A stretch of 64,000 nucleotides of DNA from Pseudomonadota bacterium (GCA_018262575.1 JAGSYU010000006.1:7528-71527), one strand, 5' to 3'. Positions 8,555 through 17,857 are shown, counted from the stretch's first letter. The notes: generated by a model from the letters alone, not told the origin. Made by a program: numbers and translations.

Positions 8555-9046
8555 ATGACTACCAAAATCACCGTTGAAGCCCATGCTGGCTGGCCTGTGG
8601 CCGTCTATGCACTCGACAGTTTTTCAAGTGCTACTGCTGCGAATGTCACTGAACACCTGCTCGAGATTATCCCCCCTGGGGATGCGAAAGAGTTCCACGC
8701 GACAAGCAATCGGGAAATCCGTTGCGTTGAGCTTCCGCGAACCGACATCGTCGGCCTTCAGCCTGTGCCGAACCCTCTCGATTTCGCATCCGTCGTCCGT
8801 GGCCTTAAGGCCGGCAAGCGCTTTGCCCGCGCTGGGTGGAACGGCAAGGGCATGTTCATTTTCCTGGTTCCCGGCTCTCGCTTCACGGTCAACCGCGAGC
8901 CCCTGCTGTCGATCCTCGGTGATGGCGCCGAAGTCGACTATCACGCCCACATCGATATGAAGACGGCGCAAGGCTACGTCGTGCCCTGGCTGGCGTCGCA
9001 GGCCGACGTGCTGGCCGAGGACTGGACCGAAGTCGTTCCGGCCTGA
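8555..9046 (+). CDS. DUF2829 (Tad2-like) domain protein with extra N-terminal domain
   Basis: LDF...LKAGKRFARAGWNGKGMFIFL...IDMKTAQGYVVPWLASQADVLAEDW signature; gagga RBS. Confidence 0.88.
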   Translation: MTTKITVEAHAGWPVAVYALDSFSSATAANVTEHLLEIIPPGDAKEFHATSNREIRCVELPRTDIVGLQPVPNPLDFASVVRGLKAGKRFARAGWNGKGMFIFLVPGSRFTVNREPLLSILGDGAEVDYHAHIDMKTAQGYVVPWLASQADVLAEDWTEVVPA

Positions 9047-9146
9047 TCATCTCCGGCGCGGCGCCAGCGATGGTCTATCCCCGAAAGGGGCGAGCCGGTG
9101 CGGTCCCACAAGCGCTCTCGAACGATACGAGACCGGCCGCGTCGAT

Positions 9147-9190
9147 GGCCCCGATCCAATCCTGACGGATGGTTCGGGGCCTTAGTTTTT
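9147..9190 (+). terminator. Putative intrinsic terminator
   Basis: GGCCCCGA/TCGGGGCC stem with inner stem, followed by TTAGTTTTT. Confidence 0.5.
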
Positions 9191-9216
9191 CCCTCGTGAC
9201 AAACACGGGGGAAGGC

Positions 9217-9420
9217 ATGGGCGCCCTATTTGGTGGTGGTGGAAGCTCCTACACCGGACCGACCGCAGCCCAACGGGCTGCGCAACGCGACCAGGCACAA
9301 TCGGCCATGCAATCGCAGGCCAAGTCGGATCGCGTCGTCGCGCTGGCCTCCGAGGCCTCCGGCCTCAGATCCTCGCTCGCCTTCGTCGACGATCGCCTCA
9401 AGAAAAGCTTGGGGGGCTGA
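9217..9420 (+). CDS. Small virion protein preceding portal (T7 gp6.7/7.3-like position)
   Basis: MGALFGGGG N-terminus, LGG C-terminus, directly before the portal gene. Confidence 0.7.
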   Translation: MGALFGGGGSSYTGPTAAQRAAQRDQAQSAMQSQAKSDRVVALASEASGLRSSLAFVDDRLKKSLGG

Positions 9421-9423
9421 TCG

Positions 9424-11037
9424 ATGGCGGCGCTGGCGGCTAACGACAACCTCAAGAAGATCAAAGCGCGCGCTTCGGCGGCAGCGAGCCGCAAGGATCT
9501 GTGGGCATCCCAGACCGACGAGCTGTTCGAATATGTGATCCCGTTTCGCAAGCCGGTGAAGGCGCGCACGGGATCGCAGACCGAGGGCGAAGGCCGTGTC
9601 AACCGCGTCTTCGACAGTACCGGTATCAAGGCCGCCCAGCGCTTTGCCGGCCGCATGGAGCGGGATGTCACCCCACCGTTCCAGCGTTTCTTCGAGCTGA
9701 AGCTCGGCCCGGCGTTCAACGGCGACAAACAGGCACGCGAAGAGATCGACGTCGACCTCGAAACCGTGTCGGCTAAGGTGGCGGCGCTGCTCGAGCGTTC
9801 AGCCTTCTCGATCGCCGCGTCGGAAATGTACCTCGATCTGTTCGGCGGTACCGGCTGCATGCTGATCCTCGAAGACGAGGACGATATCGCCAAGTTCGTG
9901 TCGGTGCCGTTCTACGAGGTGGCTCTTCGCGAAGACGGGTACGGCAAGGTTGTCGGCATCTACTGGACCAAGGATTTCAAGGCGGACACCCTTGAGGGCC
10001 AGTGGCCCGAAGACAAGATGCAGATCTCGGACGCGCTCCGGCAGATCATCAATAACAAGCCGAACGAAGACGTCACGATCTGCCAGGCGACCGAATACGA
10101 CCGGAAGACCCGCAAGTGGGTGTTCACAGTCTATCGGCCGGATGCCGAGGAAGCGCCGATCTACGAAACGCAGATGGACACCTCGCCGTGGATCACACCG
10201 CGGTTCTACAAGGTGCCGGGCGAAGTACAGGGGCGCGGCCCTGGCCTGATGGCGCTGCCTACGATCAAGACGCTGAACAAGGTGACGGAACTGTCGCTGA
10301 AGGCGGCTGCCTTCGCCATTCTCGGCATCTGGACCTATCGGCAAGACCGCGTCTTCAACCCGAAGACGGCGCGGATGGTGCCAGGCGCCATGTGGCCGGT
10401 GGCCTCGAACGGCGGCGCCTATGGCAAGAGCGTCGAGCGCATGGAGGTGCCGGGCCGCTTCGATCTGACCAACGTCATCATCCAGGACCTTCGGATGATG
10501 GTCAAGGAAATCTGCCTCGACGACACGTTGCCGGCCGACAGCACGGCGGTGAAGAGCGCCACGGAAATCATGGAGCGCATGAACCGCCTGATGACCGACC
10601 TGTCCGGCGCCTACGGGCGCCTGGCGCTGGAGATCCACATTCCGCTCGTCCAGCGGCTGCTTTCCATTCTCGGCCGGCGCGGCTTGATCCCCGATCGGCT
10701 CAAGATCGACCAGACGCTGTTGAAGCTCGAAATCGTGTCGCCGCTGGCCCGCGCGCAGAATTCGCAGGATGCCAGCTCGATCATCAACTGGCTGAAGATC
10801 CTTCTTGAGATCGGCGGGCCGGAGATGATGGCGCTATCGGCCAAGGTCGAAGAAATCGGCGCCGTGCTTGGCGAAAAGCTCGGTGTCGCCAAAAGCCTGA
10901 TGCGCGGCACAGACGAGCGCAAAGGCCTTCTCCAGTTGGTGGCGAAGATGATCGCCGCCGGCCAGCAACAGCAATCCGCACCACCGGAAGCCCCGCCCGC
11001 AAACCCGCAACAGCCGGGAATGATGGCGGCGGCTTAA
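9424..11037 (+). CDS. Portal / head-tail connector protein (T7 gp8-like)
   Basis: FDSTG, LFGGTG, PRFYKVPGEVQGRGP, SATEI motifs; 537 aa. Confidence 0.93.
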   Translation: MAALAANDNLKKIKARASAAASRKDLWASQTDELFEYVIPFRKPVKARTGSQTEGEGRVNRVFDSTGIKAAQRFAGRMERDVTPPFQRFFELKLGPAFNGDKQAREEIDVDLETVSAKVAALLERSAFSIAASEMYLDLFGGTGCMLILEDEDDIAKFVSVPFYEVALREDGYGKVVGIYWTKDFKADTLEGQWPEDKMQISDALRQIINNKPNEDVTICQATEYDRKTRKWVFTVYRPDAEEAPIYETQMDTSPWITPRFYKVPGEVQGRGPGLMALPTIKTLNKVTELSLKAAAFAILGIWTYRQDRVFNPKTARMVPGAMWPVASNGGAYGKSVERMEVPGRFDLTNVIIQDLRMMVKEICLDDTLPADSTAVKSATEIMERMNRLMTDLSGAYGRLALEIHIPLVQRLLSILGRRGLIPDRLKIDQTLLKLEIVSPLARAQNSQDASSIINWLKILLEIGGPEMMALSAKVEEIGAVLGEKLGVAKSLMRGTDERKGLLQLVAKMIAAGQQQQSAPPEAPPANPQQPGMMAAA

Positions 11038-11050
11038 GAAAGGCCCCTTC

Positions 11051-11449
11051 ATGCCCGACACCGAAGACGATCTTCCCGACGCTGAACCGTCGCTTTCCGC
11101 CCTGCTCAACGTTGTCCGCGACCTTACCGGCGGCGGCCCCGGATGGGATGGCATCGAGCCGTCCAGCCAGTCGCTAGAAAAGATGCGCCGGGCACAACAG
11201 GCCGCCATGCGACAGCAGGCGATGGCCTTCCGTGACTGCTTCGAGACCGAGGCGGGCCGCATCGTCCTCGAAACGCTGCTCAACGAGACGCTTCGCAAGG
11301 CGCCCGACGTCGTCAACTTCGACGGGCCGCTCGAAAAACTCGCTCTTCAACTCGCCTGCAGGGAGGCGGTGAACGCCTTCGTGTTCGGGATCCTGCAAGC
11401 CATCGCGCAGGCCGATGGCAACCAACTGGAAGGACGTGATCATGCGTGA
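11051..11449 (+). CDS. Conserved phage protein between portal and scaffold (Bbp19-like)
   Basis: FETEAGRIVLETL...REAVNAFV pattern; synteny. Confidence 0.65.
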   Translation: MPDTEDDLPDAEPSLSALLNVVRDLTGGGPGWDGIEPSSQSLEKMRRAQQAAMRQQAMAFRDCFETEAGRIVLETLLNETLRKAPDVVNFDGPLEKLALQLACREAVNAFVFGILQAIAQADGNQLEGRDHA

Positions 11450-12410
11450 TCGATTTCGGATTTTCTCGCTCATGGCTTCGGTTTGCTTTGCTCCCGAGGG
11501 CGGTGCTGGAGATGGTGGCGCGGATCCTGGCGCCGATGCCGGCGCCGATGCGGCTGGTGCGGGCCAAGCCGCCGACGCCGGAAAGGCCGCACCCGCTGCC
11601 GGCGCCGATGCCGGCGGCGACAAGGGAAAGGCTGCGGCGGACGCTGCGGCCGGAGCGAAAGGGGCCTTGGAAAACCCGGCGCTGAAACCGGACGCCAAGG
11701 CCGCGCCGAAGATCTACCGGCCCGACGGCCTGCCGGATCATCTTCTGGGCGGGACCGATCAGGAGACGATCGACAAGCTCTTTTCACAGAACAAGGGCTT
11801 CCGGGACGATACGGCCAAGCGGGGGGCGGTGCCGCGCGATGCGACGACATACGACCTCGCTCTCTCCGACGACGCCAAGGCGGCATGGAAAGTCGCCGAC
11901 GACGACAAGGCGGTCGGCCTCATCAAGGAAGTGGCTCACGAGTACGGCCTCACCGACAAACAGGCCGGCGTGTTCGGCAAGTTCCTCGACGTGGCCATGG
12001 AGCGCGGCATCATTCCGAAGCCGATCGCGCCGGACGCGCTGTTCACGTCACTCGCACCGGCCGACGCGGCGCCGGGCGATGCGGTGTCCCTTGGCGAGCG
12101 GCGATACCTCGACGCGGAGGTTTACCTCAACACGCTGGGGGATACGCTGGGCTTCTCGGAAGATGAGCGGCGCGACACGCTGATGATGGCGACCACTAAG
12201 GGCGGCCTGCGCCTCATCGAGCGGATGATGCGCTCGGCCGGCGTGGAAACGTCGGTGACCGTCGAAGGGCGCGGCAAGGCGGGCGGTGAAATCACGCCCG
12301 AGAGCTTACGGGCGCGGCAAGCCGACGAACGAAACAACCGGTCCAGCGCGAAATTCGACCAGTCGTTTCAGGCCGAGACTGACCGGCAATACAAGGCCTT
12401 CTACGGCTGA
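11442..12410 (+). CDS. Capsid assembly scaffolding protein
   Basis: Ala/Gly/Asp-rich N-terminus, RPDGLPD motif; position before the capsid gene. Confidence 0.75.
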   Translation: MRDRFRIFSLMASVCFAPEGGAGDGGADPGADAGADAAGAGQAADAGKAAPAAGADAGGDKGKAAADAAAGAKGALENPALKPDAKAAPKIYRPDGLPDHLLGGTDQETIDKLFSQNKGFRDDTAKRGAVPRDATTYDLALSDDAKAAWKVADDDKAVGLIKEVAHEYGLTDKQAGVFGKFLDVAMERGIIPKPIAPDALFTSLAPADAAPGDAVSLGERRYLDAEVYLNTLGDTLGFSEDERRDTLMMATTKGGLRLIERMMRSAGVETSVTVEGRGKAGGEITPESLRARQADERNNRSSAKFDQSFQAETDRQYKAFYG

Positions 12411-12422
12411 TAGGAGGGCACC

Positions 12423-12713
12423 GTGCCGTTCTTCCGAGAGAAAAATCGTCGCACGGTCGAAGCCATCCGTTGGGATGGTGAGAACACGCGCGAAATCACC
12501 CTTTGGGTTGATCCAAGCCTGAAGCCTCACGAACTGCCCAATGGATGGTGGCTGCGGCAGGAGCCGTCCGACAACCGCTTCTTGCTGGTGATCGGTGAGT
12601 ATCAGGCCGAGATTGGCGACTGGGTCGTCAAAGGACCGAACGGTTGCCTCGCCTGTTCGCCGCATCTGTTCGCGGCCGCCTACGAGGCCGTGCCGGTGCC
12701 TTCCGAGGCCTGA
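12423..12713 (+). CDS. PGDYG-like small phage protein (possible Acb4-type nucleotide sponge)
   Basis: FREK..TVEAIRWDGEN...AEIGDWVVKGPNG..ACSPHLFAAAYE; ggaggg RBS. Confidence 0.75.
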   Translation: MPFFREKNRRTVEAIRWDGENTREITLWVDPSLKPHELPNGWWLRQEPSDNRFLLVIGEYQAEIGDWVVKGPNGCLACSPHLFAAAYEAVPVPSEA

Positions 12714-12878
12714 TCGCCTCATTCCTGCGGGTCTCCGACCCGGACCTAGGCTCTGCCTCAAGACGTCCGGAGATAGACCCGCAGGTTTCGGCGGCTCCCG
12801 CTTAGGCGGCCCGCCCCCTCCCCTCGGCCCTCGTCCCCGGAGCGATCGAAACAAACCGATCTCTTCGAGGAACACGAA

Positions 12879-13754
12879 ATGGCCAGACAGGCTCCCAATT
12901 GGTACGTCCAGCAGTGGAAGGACGGTACCACCCACGAATATCAGTCGACGGGCTTTGCCCTGAAAAACACGACCACTCCCCCTGTGAAGGTCGTGGGCGA
13001 TAAGCTCTACTTCAACAAGATGGGCGTCGGCTACGCCGAGGAAGATGTTCAGGTTGGCGACAAGGCCACGCCAATGAACCCCGACCAGGGCAAAGTCGAG
13101 CTTGGTACCAAGAAGAGCCGTGCCTTTTACGAGGTCTATGAAGACGACCTTGACCAGATGACCGCTGACGAGCGGGCGGACAAGCAGAAAGAAAGCGCAC
13201 AAGCGCTTGGCCGAGTGCATGACCGGACCATCGTCGGCGCCGTCAAGTCGGAAGCGGCCGGCTCTGTCGGCGCCTACGCTGCCGGCGGTAGCCTTAGTCT
13301 GCTGCTGCAGGGCCGCCAGGCGCTTCTCGCCGAAGACGTCCCCTGCGAGGACGGAAACGTGTTCTGCGCCGTCGATAGCGTGACGTGGTCGCTGCTGCTC
13401 GCCTACGAACAGTTCACGAACAGTCAGTGGGTTGGTCCCGCCCTGCCCTTCGTCACGGGCGCGCTCGCGAAAACGTGGAATGGCATCCACGTGTTCCAAC
13501 TCTCGGACAAAACGCTCCGCATGCAGGATACCGCGTCGGCTGACGCCGCCGGTCAGGCAACCTGCCTGATGTGGCACAAGGGTGCGGTTGGTTTCGGTAC
13601 TGTGCGGGACATGACCGGCGATGTCGCATGGGACATCGACTACGACTGCTGGAAGCACTCGATGCGCATGCGCATCGGCTCCAAGCTGATCCTGCCGAAG
13701 GGCGCGGTGAAGCTGCTGACCAAGTACGACGCCACCCTGATCTCGCTCATCTGA
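12879..13754 (+). CDS. Major capsid protein
   Basis: YVQQW...ALGRVHDRTI...WNGIHV...MWHKGAVG; gagga RBS; follows scaffold. Confidence 0.88.
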   Translation: MARQAPNWYVQQWKDGTTHEYQSTGFALKNTTTPPVKVVGDKLYFNKMGVGYAEEDVQVGDKATPMNPDQGKVELGTKKSRAFYEVYEDDLDQMTADERADKQKESAQALGRVHDRTIVGAVKSEAAGSVGAYAAGGSLSLLLQGRQALLAEDVPCEDGNVFCAVDSVTWSLLLAYEQFTNSQWVGPALPFVTGALAKTWNGIHVFQLSDKTLRMQDTASADAAGQATCLMWHKGAVGFGTVRDMTGDVAWDIDYDCWKHSMRMRIGSKLILPKGAVKLLTKYDATLISLI

Positions 13755-13761
13755 TGAAGAC

Positions 13762-13792
13762 CGCCGCCGGGAAGCTGGCGGCGCCCCCTTTT
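13762..13792 (+). terminator. Hairpin/terminator after capsid gene
   Basis: CGCCGCCGG-GAAG-CTGGCGGCG followed by C/T run. Confidence 0.45.
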
Positions 13793-13828
13793 CTCGATCC
13801 CCTTCCTCTCTAGCTCTGGGAGCGCGAC

Positions 13829-14116
13829 ATGCGCACTTTCAAAACTGGCGTCATCCGCCGTATGTCGGACACGGTTCCTTTTGGGGCCGGCCCGAACAAT
13901 GTGGTCACCGACTGGCGCTACGTCACCAACGACGACGCGGCCGCCGTCGAGACGGCCGGCCATTTCAACGACCTCGCTTCGAAGCTGCAGAAGGGAAGCC
14001 TGATCTTCTGCTCGCTCGACATCGACGGCGCGCCGACCGCCCGCATTTACATGGTGACGGCAATCGCGGCCGGCGTCGTGACCGTCGCCAAGCTGGTGGC
14101 GACCGCCGCGGCCTGA
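13829..14116 (+). CDS. Small virion protein (capsid decoration-like)
   Basis: WRYVTNDDAAAVETAGHFN motif; directly after the capsid gene. Confidence 0.7.
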   Translation: MRTFKTGVIRRMSDTVPFGAGPNNVVTDWRYVTNDDAAAVETAGHFNDLASKLQKGSLIFCSLDIDGAPTARIYMVTAIAAGVVTVAKLVATAAA

Positions 14117-14140
14117 TCCGCACCTCACGGTGCCATGCTG

Positions 14141-14170
14141 GGCCGCGCTCGAACACGGGCGCGGCCTTTT
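14141..14170 (+). terminator. Intrinsic terminator
   Basis: GGCCGCGCTCG-AACA-CGGGCGCGGCC-TTTT. Confidence 0.65.
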
Positions 14171-14187
14171 CTCGTCAGGAGGCCGCC

Positions 14188-14844
14188 ATGGTCGCGCAGA
14201 TCACGCCGCTCGTCATCGTCAACCGCGCCCTCTCCCGCATCGGCGCCGCCGCCATCCCGGACATGGCGGCGAAGCTGCCGAGCGGGCAGATCATTCAGGA
14301 CGTTTATGACTCGGTGACCGAAGACATTCTTGCCAAAAACCGGTGGACCTTCACCAACAAGTTTGCCGAATTGGGCAGGGCCTCGGCCGCACCTGCCGCC
14401 GGGTTCAACTACGCTTTTGTGTTGCCCTCCGATCGCAATGCGCTGCCCGACGCCTATTACGCGGCGAAGGACGATTTCCCGAACCGGCCGATGAAGAGCT
14501 TTGCCCATGACGAAGGTTTCGTCTGCGCGGATCCGCCGCGCCTTTGGGCAGAATACCGCTTCCTGGCCACGCCCGATTATTGGCCGGGCGACGTTCGCGA
14601 GATGATGGTGCTGGCGCTCGCTGCCGAACTGGCGCTGGCGATCCGGGAAGACGAGAAGCTGCGGGCGCTCCTCCGTCGCGACGTCTACGGCGACGAGATG
14701 GCCCAAGGCGCCGGCGGGCAGTTCGGGGTCTGCGTCATGATGGACGACCAGGCCAAGGCTTCCAAACAACTCGGCATGAGCGACAGCCCCGTTGCGGGAT
14801 GGCACAACGCCGGTGGCCTCGATGCCGGCGAGTGGGGTTTCTGA
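14188..14844 (+). CDS. Tail tubular protein A / adaptor (T7 gp11-like)
   Basis: IVNRALSRIG, RWTF, YAFVLPSD, LAAELA motifs; aggagg RBS. Confidence 0.85.
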   Translation: MVAQITPLVIVNRALSRIGAAAIPDMAAKLPSGQIIQDVYDSVTEDILAKNRWTFTNKFAELGRASAAPAAGFNYAFVLPSDRNALPDAYYAAKDDFPNRPMKSFAHDEGFVCADPPRLWAEYRFLATPDYWPGDVREMMVLALAAELALAIREDEKLRALLRRDVYGDEMAQGAGGQFGVCVMMDDQAKASKQLGMSDSPVAGWHNAGGLDAGEWGF

Positions 14845-17297
14845 TGCCCCGGATCATCGACAGCCGCGCCGCCCACACCTATGGCGTTCTCGACCCGACC
14901 ATCATCGAACGGCGGGACACCAAGTTCTTTCATGGTGGCCTTCAGGACGCCGCCGATATCATCATCCTGCCGCAGGGCGGCTATCGCGACCGGGGCGGCA
15001 GCGACCGGGTTTCACGATGCCGACGCAAGCTCGAAAAGGTGACGCTCACGGCGGCCATGATCACGGCGATCAGCCCTGCAAACCTGATCGATGGACCGGA
15101 GACAACGACGTCGGTGAGCGCCGCCAAGGGCGCGGCAGCCGCCACCATCCTCGAAATCACCCTACCGGCGGCGGCGGCCGTGGTCGCCTTCGACATGCTG
15201 GCGTTTCATGCGGCTGCCGGCGCCGACGCGGCGCTCAAGGTGCAATACCACGATGGCGCCGCGTGGGCCGATTTCGGCGCGGCCTTTGCCGTGCGGTCAT
15301 CGGCGCGAACCCGGCGGATTGCCCGTGCGCCTTCGGCCGGCAGCGTGACGTCGAGCCGCTGGCGCCTGCAAGCACCGACCGCCGACGCCCTCGGCGCCGT
15401 CACCATCGGAGAAATAGCCCTGTGGCAGGAAACGGCCACTGTGTCGGATGGTCGCGTGCGCAAATTCAAGATCTCGCGCGACCTGAAATTCGAGCTGGTC
15501 ATCACCGACCACAACATCGATGTCTTCAAGGGCACGACCTGGTGCGCGGCGGTGCCGCTCGACGTTGCCTCGGATGGCGTGCCGCTGGTGAAAGACGAAG
15601 GCGGCTACGACAGCGTGATCCTCTACTACCCGACCATGCACACCCGCCGCCTGCAGCGACAGGGTGAGGACGGCGAATGGAACATCGAGAAGGTGAGCTT
15701 TTCGGAGCTGCCGCTCGTCGACTATGGCGGCACCTATACCAACGGCATCGACGAAATTCAGGACATCGCCATCTACGGCTTTTCCGATGGCGATGGCTTC
15801 GCGCTCACTCTCGCTGGCGTGGCAACTGACAGCATCACCTATTCGACGACGGCGGCGACGACGGCCGCCAACATCAAAGCGGCTCTTGAAAGCCTTTCCA
15901 TCGTTGATCCCGGCATTACCGTTGGCGCGACGTCGTCTGGCCGTTTCCGCGTGACCTTCACCGGCGGCGACAACGCGGCGAAGGACTGGAACCTGATGAC
16001 CGCGACGGCCCTCAACCTCGATGGCTACGTGTCGGTGCTGTCGGTCCAGTCCGGCAAGGAGGCGGGCGAGGACATGATTTCCGACGCGGCGGGCTGGCCC
16101 GGCGTCGGCCGCCTCGTCCAGCAACGCCAGGTGCTTGGTGGCCTTAAGAGCCGCCGCAACACGCTGCTCGCCTCGGTTACCGGCAAGCCCTTCAATTTCG
16201 ACATCACGTTGCCCGGCGCGACGGCGGCGCTCTCCTACGATCTGCAAGACGCGGCGCATGGCATCGTGGAAATCATGGATCAGCAAAAACTGTTGATCTT
16301 CAGCGAAGGCGGCATGTGGTTCGATGCCAACGCAACGCTAGACGCCACGGAAGCGCCAGCCTTCAAGAAGACGTCTTCGCCCGGCATCGACGCGCGGTGC
16401 CGGCCGATCGCTCTCGACAGCTCGGTCTATTTCTCGCAAGCCGGCGGCCGGGCGATCCGGCAGGGCACCTATTCGGCCGTCGAAGAAAGCTGGGCCCCGG
16501 AAAACGCCTCGGTTCTGGCGGCTGCGCTGGTGCCGACGCCGGTCGACTGGACGCTGCTCCGGTCGGTGACCTCGACCGATGCCGATACGATCATCTTCGC
16601 GCGCGACGACGGCAAGGCGGTCGCCTTCACGGTCATGGGTGCGCAAGAGGTTTCCGGCTTTGCGCCCTGGGTGACAGACGGCGCCTATCGCAGCTTCGCG
16701 TCCGACGACGACAACCGCCTCTGGCAGCTCGTCGAGCGCGACGGCGATCTGTGGTTCGAACTGGCGAGCCTCGACGGCCTCCTCGATGGGGCGATCGATG
16801 CGACAAGTGCGGCCCCGACCAAGACCTTCAGCGGCTTTGACGCCATGAACGGGAAGACGGTGTGGGCGGTCGCCGACGATCTCTTTGTGCATGGCCCGCT
16901 GACCGTTTCGGACGGCGCGGTGACGATCGGCGAGTTCGCCGACAAGCTGCGCGTCGGCACCTGGCGAGCGCCCTTTGCGCTCGACGTGCCCTTCGACGCC
17001 CGTGACGAGACCAAGGCGCCAATGGCGGCACAAAGGCGCGTCTATGCGGCCGAGCTATCGGTGCTGAAAGCGACGTCGGTCGCCATCGCCGCCAATGACG
17101 GCGCGCTCGTTGCCCTGCCGCTGTACCAGGCCGACGCCTTCACCGGCTTCGAGGTGGCGCCGCTCGACGATCCTTACACCGGCGTTCTCGTGGCAGAAGG
17201 GATGCCGGGGTGGACGCGGAACGCCCACGTCAAGGTGAGCCAGCTCAAGCCGGGAAAACTCACCGTTCGAAGCGTCAAGAAATCAGTGAGGGCGTGA
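14844..17297 (+). CDS. Tail tubular protein B / nozzle (T7 gp12-like)
   Basis: TYGVLDP...PQGGYRDRGG N-terminus, GWP..QQR, QEVSGF; TGATG coupling. Confidence 0.85.
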   Translation: MPRIIDSRAAHTYGVLDPTIIERRDTKFFHGGLQDAADIIILPQGGYRDRGGSDRVSRCRRKLEKVTLTAAMITAISPANLIDGPETTTSVSAAKGAAAATILEITLPAAAAVVAFDMLAFHAAAGADAALKVQYHDGAAWADFGAAFAVRSSARTRRIARAPSAGSVTSSRWRLQAPTADALGAVTIGEIALWQETATVSDGRVRKFKISRDLKFELVITDHNIDVFKGTTWCAAVPLDVASDGVPLVKDEGGYDSVILYYPTMHTRRLQRQGEDGEWNIEKVSFSELPLVDYGGTYTNGIDEIQDIAIYGFSDGDGFALTLAGVATDSITYSTTAATTAANIKAALESLSIVDPGITVGATSSGRFRVTFTGGDNAAKDWNLMTATALNLDGYVSVLSVQSGKEAGEDMISDAAGWPGVGRLVQQRQVLGGLKSRRNTLLASVTGKPFNFDITLPGATAALSYDLQDAAHGIVEIMDQQKLLIFSEGGMWFDANATLDATEAPAFKKTSSPGIDARCRPIALDSSVYFSQAGGRAIRQGTYSAVEESWAPENASVLAAALVPTPVDWTLLRSVTSTDADTIIFARDDGKAVAFTVMGAQEVSGFAPWVTDGAYRSFASDDDNRLWQLVERDGDLWFELASLDGLLDGAIDATSAAPTKTFSGFDAMNGKTVWAVADDLFVHGPLTVSDGAVTIGEFADKLRVGTWRAPFALDVPFDARDETKAPMAAQRRVYAAELSVLKATSVAIAANDGALVALPLYQADAFTGFEVAPLDDPYTGVLVAEGMPGWTRNAHVKVSQLKPGKLTVRSVKKSVRA

Positions 17298-17854
17298 TGG
17301 AAGCACTTATGGGGCTCTTCGCGGCCGGCGGTGCCGGGGCTACGGCGGTTGGCACCGGTGCGGTTGCAGCCGGCGGCGTTTCCGGCCTGACGCTGCTGCA
17401 AGGGGGCATGGCGGCCGTGTCGGCCATCGGCTCGATTGGCGCCGGCATCGCGGCCAACAAGGAAGCCAAGGCCATGGCGGCGCAACAGGAGTTTCAGGCG
17501 CGCGACGAGCAGATCGACACCATTACCGAGCAGACGAAGATCAAGAAGGCCTACGCCGACTCGCTTTCGAAGCAGGCGGTGCAATTTGCTGCCGGCGGCG
17601 TCGACCTCGGATCCGGATCAGTGGACGCGGCCCGGCGCCAGCTCTCCGAAGATGCCGAGAACGAAATCCAGAACGCCGGCTCGTCGGGCATCCGACGATC
17701 GCTGTCGCGGCGCGTGCAGGCGAACATCTACCGACAGAAGGGCAAGTCGGCGTTGATGAGCGGCTTCTTCGACGCGCTCGGGACTGGCTTGAATTTCGGC
17801 ATATCGGCCTACAAGAACGCCAATGGGCTGACAGCCAAAACCTCAGAGGGTTGA
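17297..17854 (+). CDS. Internal virion (ejection) protein, gp14-like
   Basis: Gly/Ala hydrophobic N-terminus, AAGGVDLGSGS motif. Confidence 0.8.
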   Translation: MEALMGLFAAGGAGATAVGTGAVAAGGVSGLTLLQGGMAAVSAIGSIGAGIAANKEAKAMAAQQEFQARDEQIDTITEQTKIKKAYADSLSKQAVQFAAGGVDLGSGSVDAARRQLSEDAENEIQNAGSSGIRRSLSRRVQANIYRQKGKSALMSGFFDALGTGLNFGISAYKNANGLTAKTSEG

Positions 17855-17857
17855 TCC

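Noticed and set aside
13700-13830. T7 10A/10B-style capsid frameshift or readthrough
   Set aside because: No slippery sequence seen; tandem TGA TGA stops
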